DNA of 64,000 bases from an uncultured delta proteobacterium (GTDB lineage Bacteria; Desulfobacterota; Binatia; UBA9968): assembly GCA_963804165.1 (NCBI GenBank), contig CAWDPO010000040.1, forward strand, positions 166,143-230,142. The letters are read 5' to 3'. The notes below the pieces were generated by a model. It did no database searches, was not told the origin of the DNA, and was given only the letters and a program-made list of their open reading frames with translations. Below are positions 10,301 to 21,314 of the stretch, in pieces (positions within the stretch are counted from its first letter, which is position 1; every line of letters begins with the position of its first letter). The position numbers were made by a program, and so were the translations under genes.

Positions 10301-11839
10301 GTGAAACGGAATAATATCAATATGACGATTAAGGCGCGGCGATGCTTATGCGCCCTCATCATTCTCATTGGATTGTTTTTCGGTCCTCTGCCCGCGTCGG
10401 CTGCAGCCGCCGGCCCGTTTGGTTTTGACGACGTCAGCGAGCTCGCCAAGAAAGCCTCCGGCGAAGCGTTTCGCGCGCCGCCGTCCATCCCTGATTTTTT
10501 GACGACATTGTCCTATGACCAATATCGCGACATTCGCTTCGACGTTAAGCGCTCGTTATGGCGTGACCGCGGCAATTTTCAATTGCAGTTGATTCACCCC
10601 GGCTTTCTTTACGGCTACCCCGTACGGCTGAACACCATCGAGGCGGGTGCGGTGAAGCGGGTCAACTTTGATCCGACTCTGTTCACCTATGGCAGGAACA
10701 AATTCGCCGACAAGATCCCGGCCGATCTCGGCTTCGCCGGCTTTCGCGTCGCATATCCCCTAAATCAACAGGATGAATTCAATCACGTGGCGGTATTTGC
10801 CGGCGCCAGCTATTTCAGAGCGGTGGCGAAGGGTGAGGTGTTCGGCCTGTCCGCGCGCGGCTTGGCGATCGATACGGGCTTGCCGAGCGGTGAAGAGTTT
10901 CCGATGTTTACTGAGTTCTGGCTGGTGCGTCCGGCCCCCGACGCTCGTCAAATGACATTATACGCGCTGCTCGACAGCCCGAGCCTGACCGGTGCCTATG
11001 CCTTTGAGGTGCAGCCGGGCCAGCGTACGGTTATGCAGGTACGGGCGCGATTGTTCATGCGCAAAGCGGTGAGGGAGCTAGGCATCGCGCCGCTCACCAG
11101 CATGTACCTCTACGGCGAAGATAAGCCCCGGCCGCCCGACGATTGGCGCCCCGAAGTGCACGATTCCGACGGATTGCTGATGCGGTCGAGCGGTGGCGAG
11201 TGGATGTGGCGTCCGCTTGGCAATCCGGAAAAATTGCGGGTGAGCTATTTTGAATTTGATAACCCCCGCGGTTTTGGACTTTTGCAACGGGACCGCCGCT
11301 TTCAAAACTACGAGGATTTGGAAACGCGCCATGAGTTGCGGCCCAATGCCTGGATCACCCCGATTGGCCAGTGGGGTAGGGGATACATCAAGCTGGTGGA
11401 AATTCCGAGTCAAAAGGAAACCAACGACAACATGGTCGCCTACTGGCTGCCACGCAGCCTGCCGGCGCCCGGCCAACCGCTCGAGATCGCCTATCAGATT
11501 GGCTTTGAATCGAATGATCCGATGGGTTCGGCATTGGCGCGAGTGGTGGCGACGCGCTTCGGCAACGGCGATAAAGAGGACTGGCAGAGAATTGTGATCG
11601 ACTTCGAAGGCGAAAAAATAAAGTCGCTGCCGGTTTCGGCCGGGGTCAAGGCCTACATCGCGGTGGGTCAAGAAGCGCAGCTCGTGCAACAGAGTCTGGT
11701 GCGTAATGCCGTGACCGGCGGCTGGCGCCTGGCATTTCAGATCAAGCGCGCGCGCGGAAAACCCTTAGAGCTGCGCGCCTATTTGCAAGACGGCAAGGCT
11801 GTGCTCACGGAAACGTGGAGCTATCAATTAGAATCATGA
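10301..11839 (+). CDS. opgG: Periplasmic glucan biosynthesis protein G
   Basis: Signal peptide; LSYDQYRDIRF, GASYFRA, GLSARGLAIDT, RPEVHDSDGL, ETNDN, ETWSYQ. Confidence 0.95.
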   Translation: MKRNNINMTIKARRCLCALIILIGLFFGPLPASAAAAGPFGFDDVSELAKKASGEAFRAPPSIPDFLTTLSYDQYRDIRFDVKRSLWRDRGNFQLQLIHPGFLYGYPVRLNTIEAGAVKRVNFDPTLFTYGRNKFADKIPADLGFAGFRVAYPLNQQDEFNHVAVFAGASYFRAVAKGEVFGLSARGLAIDTGLPSGEEFPMFTEFWLVRPAPDARQMTLYALLDSPSLTGAYAFEVQPGQRTVMQVRARLFMRKAVRELGIAPLTSMYLYGEDKPRPPDDWRPEVHDSDGLLMRSSGGEWMWRPLGNPEKLRVSYFEFDNPRGFGLLQRDRRFQNYEDLETRHELRPNAWITPIGQWGRGYIKLVEIPSQKETNDNMVAYWLPRSLPAPGQPLEIAYQIGFESNDPMGSALARVVATRFGNGDKEDWQRIVIDFEGEKIKSLPVSAGVKAYIAVGQEAQLVQQSLVRNAVTGGWRLAFQIKRARGKPLELRAYLQDGKAVLTETWSYQLES

Positions 11840-14031
11840 ACGACACCGATAATAATCCGACCCCGATGACCACCACGGGAGCCAGTCACGCCTGGAACGG
11901 CATGCGCGACCGGGCGAAGCTCACCGGCAAAAATACGCGACGACCGGCGCATCCGGATCACGTGGGGTCGACGCGAACATCCCTCGCTACCCTCGACGCG
12001 TTTCAGTCTTTGAGTCCTGGTGAAATTCGCGACGCGCGGGTACTCTCGATGCCGCAGATCCGGCGTACCTCCATCGCGCCTAGTGAGATCGATCGTCGTC
12101 CCCTGCGCCGCTCTGTGGCGCAACTTTGCAACGACGAAGCGCGGCGCAGCCGAGCTTGAGACGCAAACCGACAGTTACGACGGCAGCACAGCTGAAACCG
12201 CCTGGCGCAAAGTGGCGAAGCGCCGCCGGATTTTCTTGGCGCTGCTGGTCGTGGCGCAGACCGGACTTGCCAGCTGGTCACTGGCGCGCACCTTTTCCAC
12301 GGCGCAGCTGAGCTACCTCGAAGCCGCCGTGGTGGCGATCTTTGCTGTGTTGTTTTCGTGGATCTCGTTTTCGTTTTTGACCAATGTCGCCGGCTTTTGG
12401 ACGCTTTGGCGCAAGCAGAAGATCTACTCGCTGCCGGCGATTAGCGACGAAGCCGCGCGGCAGCCGCTGGGCTCTCGCACTGCGGTGTTGATGCCGATCT
12501 GTAATGAAGAAGTGTCGCGTTGTTTTGCCGGGATTGCAGCGATCTATCAATCGCTGGCGGACACCGGCCAGCTGGAGAAATTCGACTTCTACGTCCTCAG
12601 CGATACTGCCGATGCCGCCCGCCAATTCGAAGAGCAGATTTCATGGGAAAGAACCTGCCGCGCGCTAAACGGCTTTGAGCGGATTTTTTACCGCCACCGG
12701 CGCAACAACATCAAGCGCAAGAGCGGTAATATCGCCGACTTTTTACGGCGCTGGTCACGCAACTACGACTTCATGATCGTATTGGACGCGGACAGTCTGA
12801 TGTCCGGCGAAGTCATGGTGCGTCTGGCGCGGACAATGGAGCTTTCGCCTCAAGCAGGAATCATTCAGACCGCACCCATCATCGTCAACCGCGAATCGCT
12901 ATTCGCGCGGGTGCAGCAGTTCGCCAGCCGGGTCTATGGACCGTTGTTCAGCGCCAGCCTGGCTTTTTGGCAGCTTGGCGAGAGTTATTATTGGGGCCAC
13001 AACGCGATCATTCGCATCGCGCCCTTTGTCAAGCACTGCGGTCTGGCGCGGTTGCCGGGGGAGCCGCCTTTAGGCGGAGAAGTTCTCAGCCATGATTTTG
13101 TCGAAGCCGCGCTGATGGGGCGCACCGGACTGGAAGTGTGGCTGGTGCACGATCTCACGGGCAGCTACGAGGAGTCACCGCCGAATATATTGGACGAGCT
13201 CAAGCGCGACCGGCGCTGGTGTCAGGGCAATCTGCAGCATCTGCGCTTGCTTTTCGGCGACGGCATCCGTTTCGGCCATCGGGCGATCATGGCCATGGGT
13301 GTGATGGCCTACGCGCCGCGTTCCTGTGGGCGATATTCCTGGTTCTCAGCAGCGCGGAGGTCGTCATGCAGACTTTGACGCCACCGGCTTATTTTCCTTC
13401 AGGGCCAAGCTTGTTTCCGCGCTGGCCGATCTGGCGTCCGGAGCTGACGATCGCGCTCTTGACGACCACGGGTGTGCTTTTGGTTCTGCCTAAATTTCTC
13501 AGCTTTGCTCTTATCCTCAGGAATCGCCAGGCGGCCGGTTTCGGTGGCGCATTGCGATTGGCCGCCGGCATCGTCCTGGAAATCATTTTTTCGACGCTCG
13601 TGGCGCCGTTGCGCATGTGGTTTCACAGCAAATTTGTTTTGCTGACGTTGTTGGGCCGACAAATAAAGTGGAGCTCGCAGCGACGCAACGACAGCGAGAC
13701 GGACTGGGGCGAGGCCGTTCGCCAGCATGGTATCTCATCACTCATCGCGCTGATCTGGATGGCCGGCGCGCTTTATTGGAATACCACATTGGCGTGGTGG
13801 CTGTTACCGATATCCATTTCCCTGCTGCTGGCGGTACCGCTCTCGGTGTATTCGAGTCGCGTCGGGCTCGGCCGCGCCATTAAACGCTGGCACCTGTTCG
13901 GTATCCCCGAAGAAAGGTGTCCACCACCGGTGGTTCAGGGTTTGGAGAAAATGCTGGCGAAAGACAACCTGGAGACACAACGTCGGCTGCAGAGGCCCGC
14001 TGAGCTTGGGCTAACGATGGTCGAACGATAA
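11836..14031 (+). CDS. opgH: Glucans biosynthesis glucosyltransferase H, split by two frameshifts (~12150, ~13316)
   Basis: ATGA overlap with opgG; MPICNEE, KRKSGNIADF, LDADSLM, YWGHNAIIR, LSHDFVEAAL, RDRRWCQGNLQH; TM C-terminus in the next frame. Confidence 0.9.
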
Positions 14032-14182
14032 ATCAAACGGAACGCTGATGATTTTGGTCGTGAGTTTTGGCCAAATCGACAGGTATTAGTTAACTAACTT
14101 GCTTCCGCCACGAACAATGAATATCCGATTCAATCGGCTGCGGAAATGATGAAGAATCCAAGTCGAACAGAAAGATCAGGAC

Positions 14183-14198
14183 GGGCACGTAACTTGCG
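14183..14198 (+). promoter_or_regulatory. sigma54 -24/-12 promoter
   Basis: GGGCAC-GTAAC-TTGCG upstream of DUF883 gene. Confidence 0.7.
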
Positions 14199-14250
14199 TT
14201 TAAGTAAGGATACGAGCAAAAACAGAAAATCTTGAACAAGGGGAAAATCT

Positions 14251-14580
14251 ATGAGCAGGGCAGAAATCGCGCGTGAAAGACTGTTTGGCAATCTGACGGC
14301 GCTGATGGAAGACGTCGAAGAGCTGGTGAAAGCGACGGCGGAACAAACCGACGACGGTGTGTCATCGTTGCGCGAGCGTGTTTTCCGCACATTGGAGTCG
14401 GCTAAAGGCACACTGTCGCAAGGTAAGAACATGTTAAATACCTCGAGGCAGGGTGCCGAGGCGGCGATTTCCTACGCCCGAGACAATCCTTGGGCTATGG
14501 CGGGCGTGGCGGTGGGTGCCACCATGGCGCTCGCGTGTCTAATTTGGAGTACGTGCACGCGACAGGACGGAGATCGCTAA
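14251..14580 (+). CDS. DUF883 / ElaB-YqjD family membrane-anchored protein
   Basis: LMEDVEELVKATA...YARDNPWAMAGVAVG. Confidence 0.85.
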   Translation: MSRAEIARERLFGNLTALMEDVEELVKATAEQTDDGVSSLRERVFRTLESAKGTLSQGKNMLNTSRQGAEAAISYARDNPWAMAGVAVGATMALACLIWSTCTRQDGDR

Positions 14581-14622
14581 CTTCGGTGAAATCGTAGTTC
14601 CGTTAAAAAGGAGGATACACTC

Positions 14623-14934
14623 GTGTTTTTATCACGACTGACGTTTCATACATTGCCGGGCAAGACGGACGCCGTGGAAAACAAACTCATGACGTTGGCG
14701 CGTTGGGTGGATCAAGCGGGCGGCGCGAATCCAAGAGTTATGCGAACTCATTACAGTTCCCTCGGGGCTCCGGATTTGCTCTTCGAGCAGGAAGTGCAGG
14801 ATCCCGGCGCGCTCGAGCAGCAGATCAAAACCGTCACGGCGAATAAAGAATTTCACGAATGGGCGCAGCAGGTTGCGCCGCTCTTGGAACGTTCGTCCAA
14901 GCGCGAGCTTTTTAAGATCATCGACTCGCATTGA
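14623..14934 (+). CDS. Hypothetical protein, possibly dimeric alpha/beta-barrel fold
   Basis: Strong AAGGAGG RBS, GTG start; pattern TLPGK...EFHEWAQQVAPLL...RELF. Confidence 0.65.
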   Translation: MFLSRLTFHTLPGKTDAVENKLMTLARWVDQAGGANPRVMRTHYSSLGAPDLLFEQEVQDPGALEQQIKTVTANKEFHEWAQQVAPLLERSSKRELFKIIDSH

Positions 14935-15063
14935 TCCGGGCGCAGACGATTATCGTAGCGGGCCGGCAGGAAATTCGGGGACCGATTCGCTTGCGGGCGT
15001 AATCGGAAACAAGCGACGAACCCCGCTCCGCTCCGCAAAAACGACTTATCTTTGGAGGAGATC

Positions 15064-15264
15064 ATGCCAAGCGATGAAACACGCCGGCTGCTGAAACTTT
15101 TCGGTGTCGCCGTGACGGCTTTCGAAGATGCGGTCGAACAGGGCGCGTCGGCGGAAGAAGTCGCCCGAGCGGAGGCCGAAGTTGATATTCGTCTTCAAGA
15201 GATCGCTGGATTGATCGATCGATGGCGAGCGACTATGCCTCGGCGCGACGTGGCTTCTCATTAG
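15064..15264 (+). CDS. Small hypothetical helical protein
   Basis: GGAGGAG RBS; MPSDETRRLLKLFGVAVTAFEDA. Confidence 0.65.
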   Translation: MPSDETRRLLKLFGVAVTAFEDAVEQGASAEEVARAEAEVDIRLQEIAGLIDRWRATMPRRDVASH

Positions 15265-15409
15265 CGCTGGCGGCATGATCCGGCGGAGGCCGCTATCGAC
15301 CCGTCTCCGAGAGTTTCGAGCGCATATGCGCCATTCTAATACCTAACGCAATGTACCGCTCGGGCATTTGGAAAATCCTTCCGGGCGTCGATGCAACTCA
15401 CCCGATTTG

Positions 15410-15898
15410 CTAAGTCTTGGCACTGCGATTCTTCCGCGGCTCGATTTCTTCGGCGGCGGAATTTGGATCGCTTGGCCTGATGTAGTGTAGGGAAATGACT
15501 AACGCCACGATCAGCACCGTGAGCAGCGCCAGCTCCAGCATGGCGTTGTGAAAAACTGTTTGGTTTTCTTTCACCATCTTGGGCAATTCCGCCGTTATCA
15601 CGAGAATGCGTCTGGTTACGGCGATGAGCCCGACAACCAGGAACGGCCCGGGTTGTAGAATATGTTGGCGAAACGAGACTTGGACGGTATACAAAACTTC
15701 GACGAAAATAATGATCACGAGAATGCGATCGAGCAGCTGTACGATGTTGTCCGATAAAACTCCCGCCAAAAGATACTGAAAGAAGTAGACGATCTCCGAG
15801 ATCAGCAGAGCGGCGGCAACGCCGGCTAGAAGCACGCCGAGGCCGACATAAATGGTATCCTCGATTCCGGTGAAACTTTGCGATAACCAGCGGCGCAT
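15410..15898 (-). CDS. PsiE-like membrane protein
   Basis: Four TM segments; LLDRILVIIIFVEVLYTV, PFLVVGLIAVTRRILVI. Confidence 0.85.
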   Translation of the reverse strand: MRRWLSQSFTGIEDTIYVGLGVLLAGVAAALLISEIVYFFQYLLAGVLSDNIVQLLDRILVIIIFVEVLYTVQVSFRQHILQPGPFLVVGLIAVTRRILVITAELPKMVKENQTVFHNAMLELALLTVLIVALVISLHYIRPSDPNSAAEEIEPRKNRSAKT

Positions 15899-15976
15899 GT
15901 CGAGTTTGTGTGCGATGGTGTTTAGCCTTTTGCTTCGAAATTGTCAGACGACAAATTTGGCTGCAGGCAGAAACGA

Positions 15977-15992
15977 CGCAAGGTATGTGCCA
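15977..15992 (-). promoter_or_regulatory. sigma54 -24/-12 promoter
   Basis: TGGCAC-ATACC-TTGCG upstream of psiE-like gene. Confidence 0.8.
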
Positions 15993-16107
15993 AGTCGTGT
16001 GTCGATTACGATTGACTATCTGCAGTGAGTTTGGAAACTTCTCAATTCTGGAGCAGGCCGCGCCTCGAGTTGTTCCATTTTTGAAACACCCTCCAGGAGT
16101 TGGCCGC

Positions 16108-16123
16108 TGGTATCATCCTTGCA
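16108..16123 (+). promoter_or_regulatory. sigma54-like promoter for sod
   Basis: TGGTAT-CATCC-TTGCA; predicted start site lies upstream of the AAGGAG RBS. Confidence 0.65.
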
Positions 16124-16158
16124 CTAACTAATAAACATCAATCATCGAAAGGAGCGTG

Positions 16159-16782
16159 ATGATGGCGCAATCACCTTACAAAGCGAAACAGTTTAAACTT
16201 GCAGGTTTGCAAGGAATCTCAGACGAGACCCTCCAGATGCATTTTGGTCTCTACGAGGGCTACGTAAAGAATACCAATTTGCTGATGGAGCAAATATTGG
16301 CGATCACTCGAAAGAAACAAGCATCCGGGCAGGATCCAGCTTACGCGGAATTGACTCGGCGCTTGGGTTTCGAGTTTGGTGGAATGGTATTGCACGAATA
16401 CTACTTCGAAAATTTAGCGGCGAAAGGAAAGGGCAGTCCGTCGGCCGACTTCAAGCGCGCTCTCGAGCACAGCTTTGATGGTTTTGAAAATTGGCAGCGC
16501 GCCTTTGCCGCCGTCGGTGAAATGCGCGGCGTCGGTTGGGCAATATTATATCAAGACCCGGTCACCGAGCGGCTTTCTAATCACTGGATCGCTTTACATC
16601 AGGACGGAGTTCCATCCGGATTTAAACCGATCTTAGTCATGGATGTATGGGAACACGCTTTTCTTCTCGACTATAAACCCGCAGAGCGGGGAAAGTATAT
16701 CGAAGCGTTTTTCCAAAACGTCGATTGGGAAGCGGTGCAACGTCGATTGGCGACTCCGGCGGCCGTCCGCGCGGTTGCATAG
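16159..16782 (+). CDS. Fe/Mn superoxide dismutase
   Basis: Metal ligands HFGLYEGYV, VLHEYYF, DVWEHAF. Confidence 0.92.
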   Translation: MMAQSPYKAKQFKLAGLQGISDETLQMHFGLYEGYVKNTNLLMEQILAITRKKQASGQDPAYAELTRRLGFEFGGMVLHEYYFENLAAKGKGSPSADFKRALEHSFDGFENWQRAFAAVGEMRGVGWAILYQDPVTERLSNHWIALHQDGVPSGFKPILVMDVWEHAFLLDYKPAERGKYIEAFFQNVDWEAVQRRLATPAAVRAVA

Positions 16783-17110
16783 TTGCTGAAAACCCGCCAC
16801 CGGTCGTGACATCGGTTATGGCCGGTGGCGTTTCTCGCGTTGTATCACGCGCGGTCGGACCCGCTGAAAAAAGCGTGGCAACGGGGTTCATCTTACTTAA
16901 CGGATGGTTCGCTTCACTCGCAAGCAAGTCTGAGCTCCGGTTAGCTGCACCAGCGCAAAGACGCTTTTCCTGCTTCTCTAATTCTAGTAAATGGTTAGCT
17001 CGCGCCGATTCTGGCCCGACGCAAGGGCTGAGTCATCGGTCCTCCCTTACCCAAATTCATTTTGACTGCATAGTCCTCAGATCGATTGTCGTCTAGAGGA
17101 CTGTCTTCGA

Positions 17111-17139
17111 TATCATAGGTGACTATCATAGGTGACTAT
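17111..17139. repeat. 13-bp tandem duplication
   Basis: TATCATAGGTGAC x2 plus TAT. Confidence 0.8.
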
Positions 17140-17336
17140 ATCGTCTGACCGTAAGGATATTCCCTTCTTATGCCAAAGAGCGATGATTTCGACAGCTTCT
17201 GCAAACCCACCTTGATTTGGGCTCGGTGGTGTACCAAGATTGAGACTAGGGGAATAGTTAATTTCTTGAGACTCGTAGCGGTCTCGACTTAAGGGCACAA
17301 TCTTCTTTCGAAATCTTCACTTGGAGCCGTGCTGCT

Positions 17337-18977
17337 GTGGAACGAGAAGTATCATCGATTCCGACCCCGAAAACGGTCACTCCGCCGCCGCTCGATGAGC
17401 GTTTCCTGGGCGTTCTTTATAAGGGACTCATCGAAGCTGTAGTGGTCGTCGAGGCTAGTTCGCGCTCCGTGGTGTATTGGAACGAGGTTTCCGAAGCGCT
17501 GTTTAAGTTTCCCCAAAAAGAAATCCTTCATCAGTCAATGGAGCGATTATTTTCAGATTCCGCGACGGCCAAGCGAAGCTTCACTGCCGCGTTAGCGGAA
17601 ATCGAGGAAAAAGGCTTTTGGCGCGGCGAATGCGAATACCGCCGCCGGGATGGTTCGACATTCATCGCGGCGACGACTCAATCGCTGCTCAACGCGGATG
17701 GCGGTGTTTATGTCGTGGTGACCGTGCGCGACATCAGCGAAGGCAAGGAACGCGATCAAATCATTCATTGGTTGAATCAACAATTGGCCCGGCGCTTTAA
17801 TGAACGTGCCTCTGAATTGATTGCCAAAGGGAATGAACTCGCAAAGGCTGAAAGCCAGCGCCGGCATACGGAGCGGTTGCTGGAAATATTGATGCGCAAT
17901 TTGACCAATAACGCGATACTTTTTCTCAGCACGGCGGGTTGCATTAACCACTCCAATAGCGGAACGGAGCAGCTGTTGGGTTATGCCGCAGAGGAGCTTG
18001 AGGGAATGCACCTGTCAAAGCTCTTCAAGACCACTTCGGCTAATAATGATGGGGACAAGTGGGTGACAATATTTGCCCAGGCAGCGCGACAAAACGGTGT
18101 GAGAAATTATGACCGGTTGCTGCGGAAAGATGGCTCGCATTTTTACGTGCGATTGGAAGTTCTGCCGTTGCGCGGGGAGGCCGATCTCGTCGACGGCTAT
18201 TTAGTGCTCCTGCGCGATGATACCGAGCAAAGGAAAATACGCGAACAACTGAGAGAAAAGGAGCACCTGGCGACCATCGGAACGGCCACCGCCATGCTGG
18301 CTCATGAGATTAGGAACCCTCTCAACGGAATGTCGACGTCGGTGCAATACCTCGAACGGTCGTTGCACAATAGCTTCGAACCCACCAAAGAGATCGTTTT
18401 CGGCACGGTTCAAGACCTCAAAAATGAAATCGCCAGGCTGCAAACGCTGCTCGGTGACTTTCACGTCATCTCACATCCACAACAGGTTATCACTCGCTCG
18501 GTAGATCTAGCCGAAGTTATCCGCGGTCTGATATCTCTGGTTATGCCGGAGTCTCTCAAAGAGAAAATAACAATCATCGAACAGCTCGACTCTGACCTGC
18601 CCTCGATCCGGGGCGACCCCGACAAACTCAAGCAAGTATTTCTCAATCTGATCAAGAATGCCTTTGAAGCCATGACCCATGGCGGAACGTTGACGGCGAA
18701 GGTGTATGCGCGGGGCGACGGTGTCTGTGTCGAAATAACGGATACCGGGGTGGGAATTCCGGATGGTCTCGACGTATTTGATTTGTTTCGTTCGACCAAG
18801 GCGCACGGAACCGGTTTAGGTCTTCCGATCGCTCGGCAGATCGTTTTGGCGCACAATGGTTTCATCGATTACACGAGCCAGTTGGGGGTGGCGACCACAT
18901 TCCGCGTGTTCCTGCCGATCAGCGCGGCGACCGCAATGACTTCGGAAGGCGCGGCCTCTCGATTTGAAGAACGCTAA
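17337..18977 (+). CDS. PAS/PAS cytoplasmic histidine kinase
   Basis: RRDGS and RKDGS PAC motifs; LAHEIRNPL; NLIKNAFEAM; DTGVGI; GTGLGL. Confidence 0.92.
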   Translation: MEREVSSIPTPKTVTPPPLDERFLGVLYKGLIEAVVVVEASSRSVVYWNEVSEALFKFPQKEILHQSMERLFSDSATAKRSFTAALAEIEEKGFWRGECEYRRRDGSTFIAATTQSLLNADGGVYVVVTVRDISEGKERDQIIHWLNQQLARRFNERASELIAKGNELAKAESQRRHTERLLEILMRNLTNNAILFLSTAGCINHSNSGTEQLLGYAAEELEGMHLSKLFKTTSANNDGDKWVTIFAQAARQNGVRNYDRLLRKDGSHFYVRLEVLPLRGEADLVDGYLVLLRDDTEQRKIREQLREKEHLATIGTATAMLAHEIRNPLNGMSTSVQYLERSLHNSFEPTKEIVFGTVQDLKNEIARLQTLLGDFHVISHPQQVITRSVDLAEVIRGLISLVMPESLKEKITIIEQLDSDLPSIRGDPDKLKQVFLNLIKNAFEAMTHGGTLTAKVYARGDGVCVEITDTGVGIPDGLDVFDLFRSTKAHGTGLGLPIARQIVLAHNGFIDYTSQLGVATTFRVFLPISAATAMTSEGAASRFEER

Positions 18978-19302
18978 GCTGCGTGATTCTCCCTCCGGCC
19001 ACGCAGGGAAGATTTTCGTACGACATCCTCCTCGAGGTGGCCTTGTAGTGCAAATCGGCTTTCGCCGCAAGACGAAAACGCCATTTTCAATCTCGTGCCA
19101 GCAGGAAATGGCATCTCGCTCGATTTTGTAACGGTAATAGAACGAATTCTTCAGCGCGTGTCGCAATAAGGGGACAATTCACGAACAAAAATGCAAGAAA
19201 TTTTACGTTGGTATGAGCATTGCTGAATTATTTTACTATTATTCAACCAACGTTTCGCAGAAACAGGCAATCGAATCGAGAAACCGAGGGGAGAAGACGA
19301 AA

Positions 19303-19866
19303 ATGGTACAGGTGGGGCATAAGATCAGTGATTTCGAGTGCGATGCGTGTCAAGGCGACGAGATCAAGAAACTACGCCTGTCATTCTATGAAGGCAAATG
19401 GGTGGTTCTTTTGTTCTATCCAGCGGATTTTACTTTCATCTGTCCAACCGAATTGGAAGACGCCGCAGAGCACTACGAAGAGTTCAAAAAGCTCGGCGCG
19501 GAAATACTCAGCGTCAGCACGGACACCGCGTTTGTCCACAAAGCATGGCACGATCAATCGCCATCGATCAAGAAAATTCAGTATCCCATGATTGCGGACC
19601 CGACGGGAAAGTTGTGTCGCTATTTTGGCACATACATCGAGGAGTCCGGCCTATCTCTGCGGGCAAGTTTTATCATTGACCCCGATGGTGTTCTCAGGGC
19701 TTGCGAATTTCATGACAACAGCATCGGACGCAGCGCCGACGAGATTCTGCGCAAACTTCAGGCCGCGATCTTCGTACGCGGACACGAAGGAGAAGTGTGC
19801 CCGGCAAATTGGCGTCCAGGAAAAAAGACCTTGCGGACGGGAATCGACCTGGTGGGGAAAATTTAG
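19303..19866 (+). CDS. ahpC: 2-Cys peroxiredoxin AhpC
   Basis: FYPADFTFICPTEL and GEVCPANW; GAGGGGAG RBS before the ATG at 19303. Confidence 0.95.
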   Translation: MVQVGHKISDFECDACQGDEIKKLRLSFYEGKWVVLLFYPADFTFICPTELEDAAEHYEEFKKLGAEILSVSTDTAFVHKAWHDQSPSIKKIQYPMIADPTGKLCRYFGTYIEESGLSLRASFIIDPDGVLRACEFHDNSIGRSADEILRKLQAAIFVRGHEGEVCPANWRPGKKTLRTGIDLVGKI

Positions 19867-19929
19867 AGTGCGCTGGCTTGCGACGGGAGCCAGCGACGGA
19901 ATTGAACAAAATGGCCCGGAAGGAAAGCG

Positions 19930-20655
19930 GTGAAACAAATGTTTGAAGAAAAAGTAGAGCGCGGAGACTTGGAAAAGATGCCGTCCGAATATCGGGATCT
20001 CTTGGAGCGGGTTCTTACGATCCAGGCCGATTGCGAGATCGGCGGGCCGCATCTTTACGTAAAGGACATACTGCTGACAGCGCCGAGCAAAGTAAATCAG
20101 TTGATCGTTGCGCGGACCGCCGCCGAAGAAATGGATCATTACCGGAAATTTGCCCGGCTCGCCGGCGAAATGGGCACGGACACTTCGTTTCTGTTGAGTG
20201 TTCCGAACCAGCAACGCTACCTGGAAGCGTTTCGCGGCGTGATCAAGACGTGGGAAGATTTTTCGGTGTTTGGTTTTCTAATCGATCGGGTCGGCCGCTA
20301 CCAGCTCGAAGAGTTCCTAGACTGCAGCTATTTGCCGCTACAGCGAATTTTGCCGGAGATCTTGAAGGAAGAGATGGGACATATCGGTTTCGGTACGAAT
20401 CAGACCGGTGAAATCGCTGCTAAAGGCGACGAGTCGCGACAGCGAGTGCAGCAGAGTGTCGATTTCTGGTACACAAAAGCCTTGGATATGTTTGGACGGA
20501 CCGACTCGGAACGATCCAATCGGTTTTGTCATTGGGGCCTGAAGCGGCGCAGCAATAGCCAAGCACGATGGGAATTCATTCGGGAAGTGGATCCACTAAT
20601 ACTTGGCATGGGTCTAACGGTTCCTGACCCGGTCAGCGGGCGAAAATTTCTCTAG
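19930..20655 (+). CDS. Stand-alone PaaA/PaaC-family ferritin-like diiron protein
   Basis: QADCE, EEMDH, FLID, EEMGH; ALDMFG, WGLKRRSN resemble PaaA. Confidence 0.8.
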   Translation: MKQMFEEKVERGDLEKMPSEYRDLLERVLTIQADCEIGGPHLYVKDILLTAPSKVNQLIVARTAAEEMDHYRKFARLAGEMGTDTSFLLSVPNQQRYLEAFRGVIKTWEDFSVFGFLIDRVGRYQLEEFLDCSYLPLQRILPEILKEEMGHIGFGTNQTGEIAAKGDESRQRVQQSVDFWYTKALDMFGRTDSERSNRFCHWGLKRRSNSQARWEFIREVDPLILGMGLTVPDPVSGRKFL

Positions 20656-20687
20656 ATCGGCGTGCTTCGCGTCTGTCCATTCGAAAC

Positions 20688-20745
20688 CCCTTCGACGCGT
20701 ACTAAGGAAAGACCGTTCGTGGCGAAGCTTGCGAACCATGAACGG
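20688..20745. repeat. Degenerate REP-like palindrome between convergent genes
   Basis: CCCTTCGAC followed by inverted repeat CCGTTCGTGG/CCATGAACGG. Confidence 0.55.
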
Positions 20746-20773
20746 TCCACTAGCCTATTTGATTCCAGACTTC

Positions 20774-21217
20774 TTATGGCTTGAGATCGATTAGTGCCAG
20801 GCCGGTTTCTTCATCCGTCTTGCGACATAAATGGCGTGGCGATTCGGACAAGACGACCTCGAGCGTCGGCCAAACATGCGCCGCGAGGATGTGGCCGCCG
20901 TGGGCCGTTCCGTCCGACCTACCGACGACGACGTGGGCATGAACATTCGGCGTGCCGTCTTTGAGCGCGATATCGCCGACAAGGGAGAGCACCTCCACTT
21001 GCTCCTCGATGGGGATTTTCTTGTAGTCTTTTTTCTGCCGATCAAAATAGCCGAGGGTCACGTCGCGAAATGCGCCGATGGCGGTAAAATGACTGCCGGC
21101 AAGTTTGCTATTCTTCGCGAAGTTGGTGAGCTCGCTCATAAACTCATCACCCTTTTCAAATACCAAAACGAACGTGTTCTCTTTGTTTGAGCCTAGCTTT
21201 TCAGATTTCATAAACAC
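20774..21217 (-). CDS. PPC-domain (DUF296) protein
   Basis: FTAIGA, EVLSLVGDI, VHAHVVVG, HGGH, PTLEV. Confidence 0.92.
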   Translation of the reverse strand: MFMKSEKLGSNKENTFVLVFEKGDEFMSELTNFAKNSKLAGSHFTAIGAFRDVTLGYFDRQKKDYKKIPIEEQVEVLSLVGDIALKDGTPNVHAHVVVGRSDGTAHGGHILAAHVWPTLEVVLSESPRHLCRKTDEETGLALIDLKP

Positions 21218-21298
21218 CTTCCATTATTGCGCCCCGGTGTCTGCCTTAGCTTTCAACCTTTGTGAATGTGAAAAAAGTTACCGTCGTTTAGTAAATCG

Positions 21299-21314
21299 AG
21301 CAATCGACGTGCCA
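21299..21314 (-). promoter_or_regulatory. sigma54 -24/-12 promoter
   Basis: TGGCAC-GTCGA-TTGCT upstream of DUF296 gene. Confidence 0.8.
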
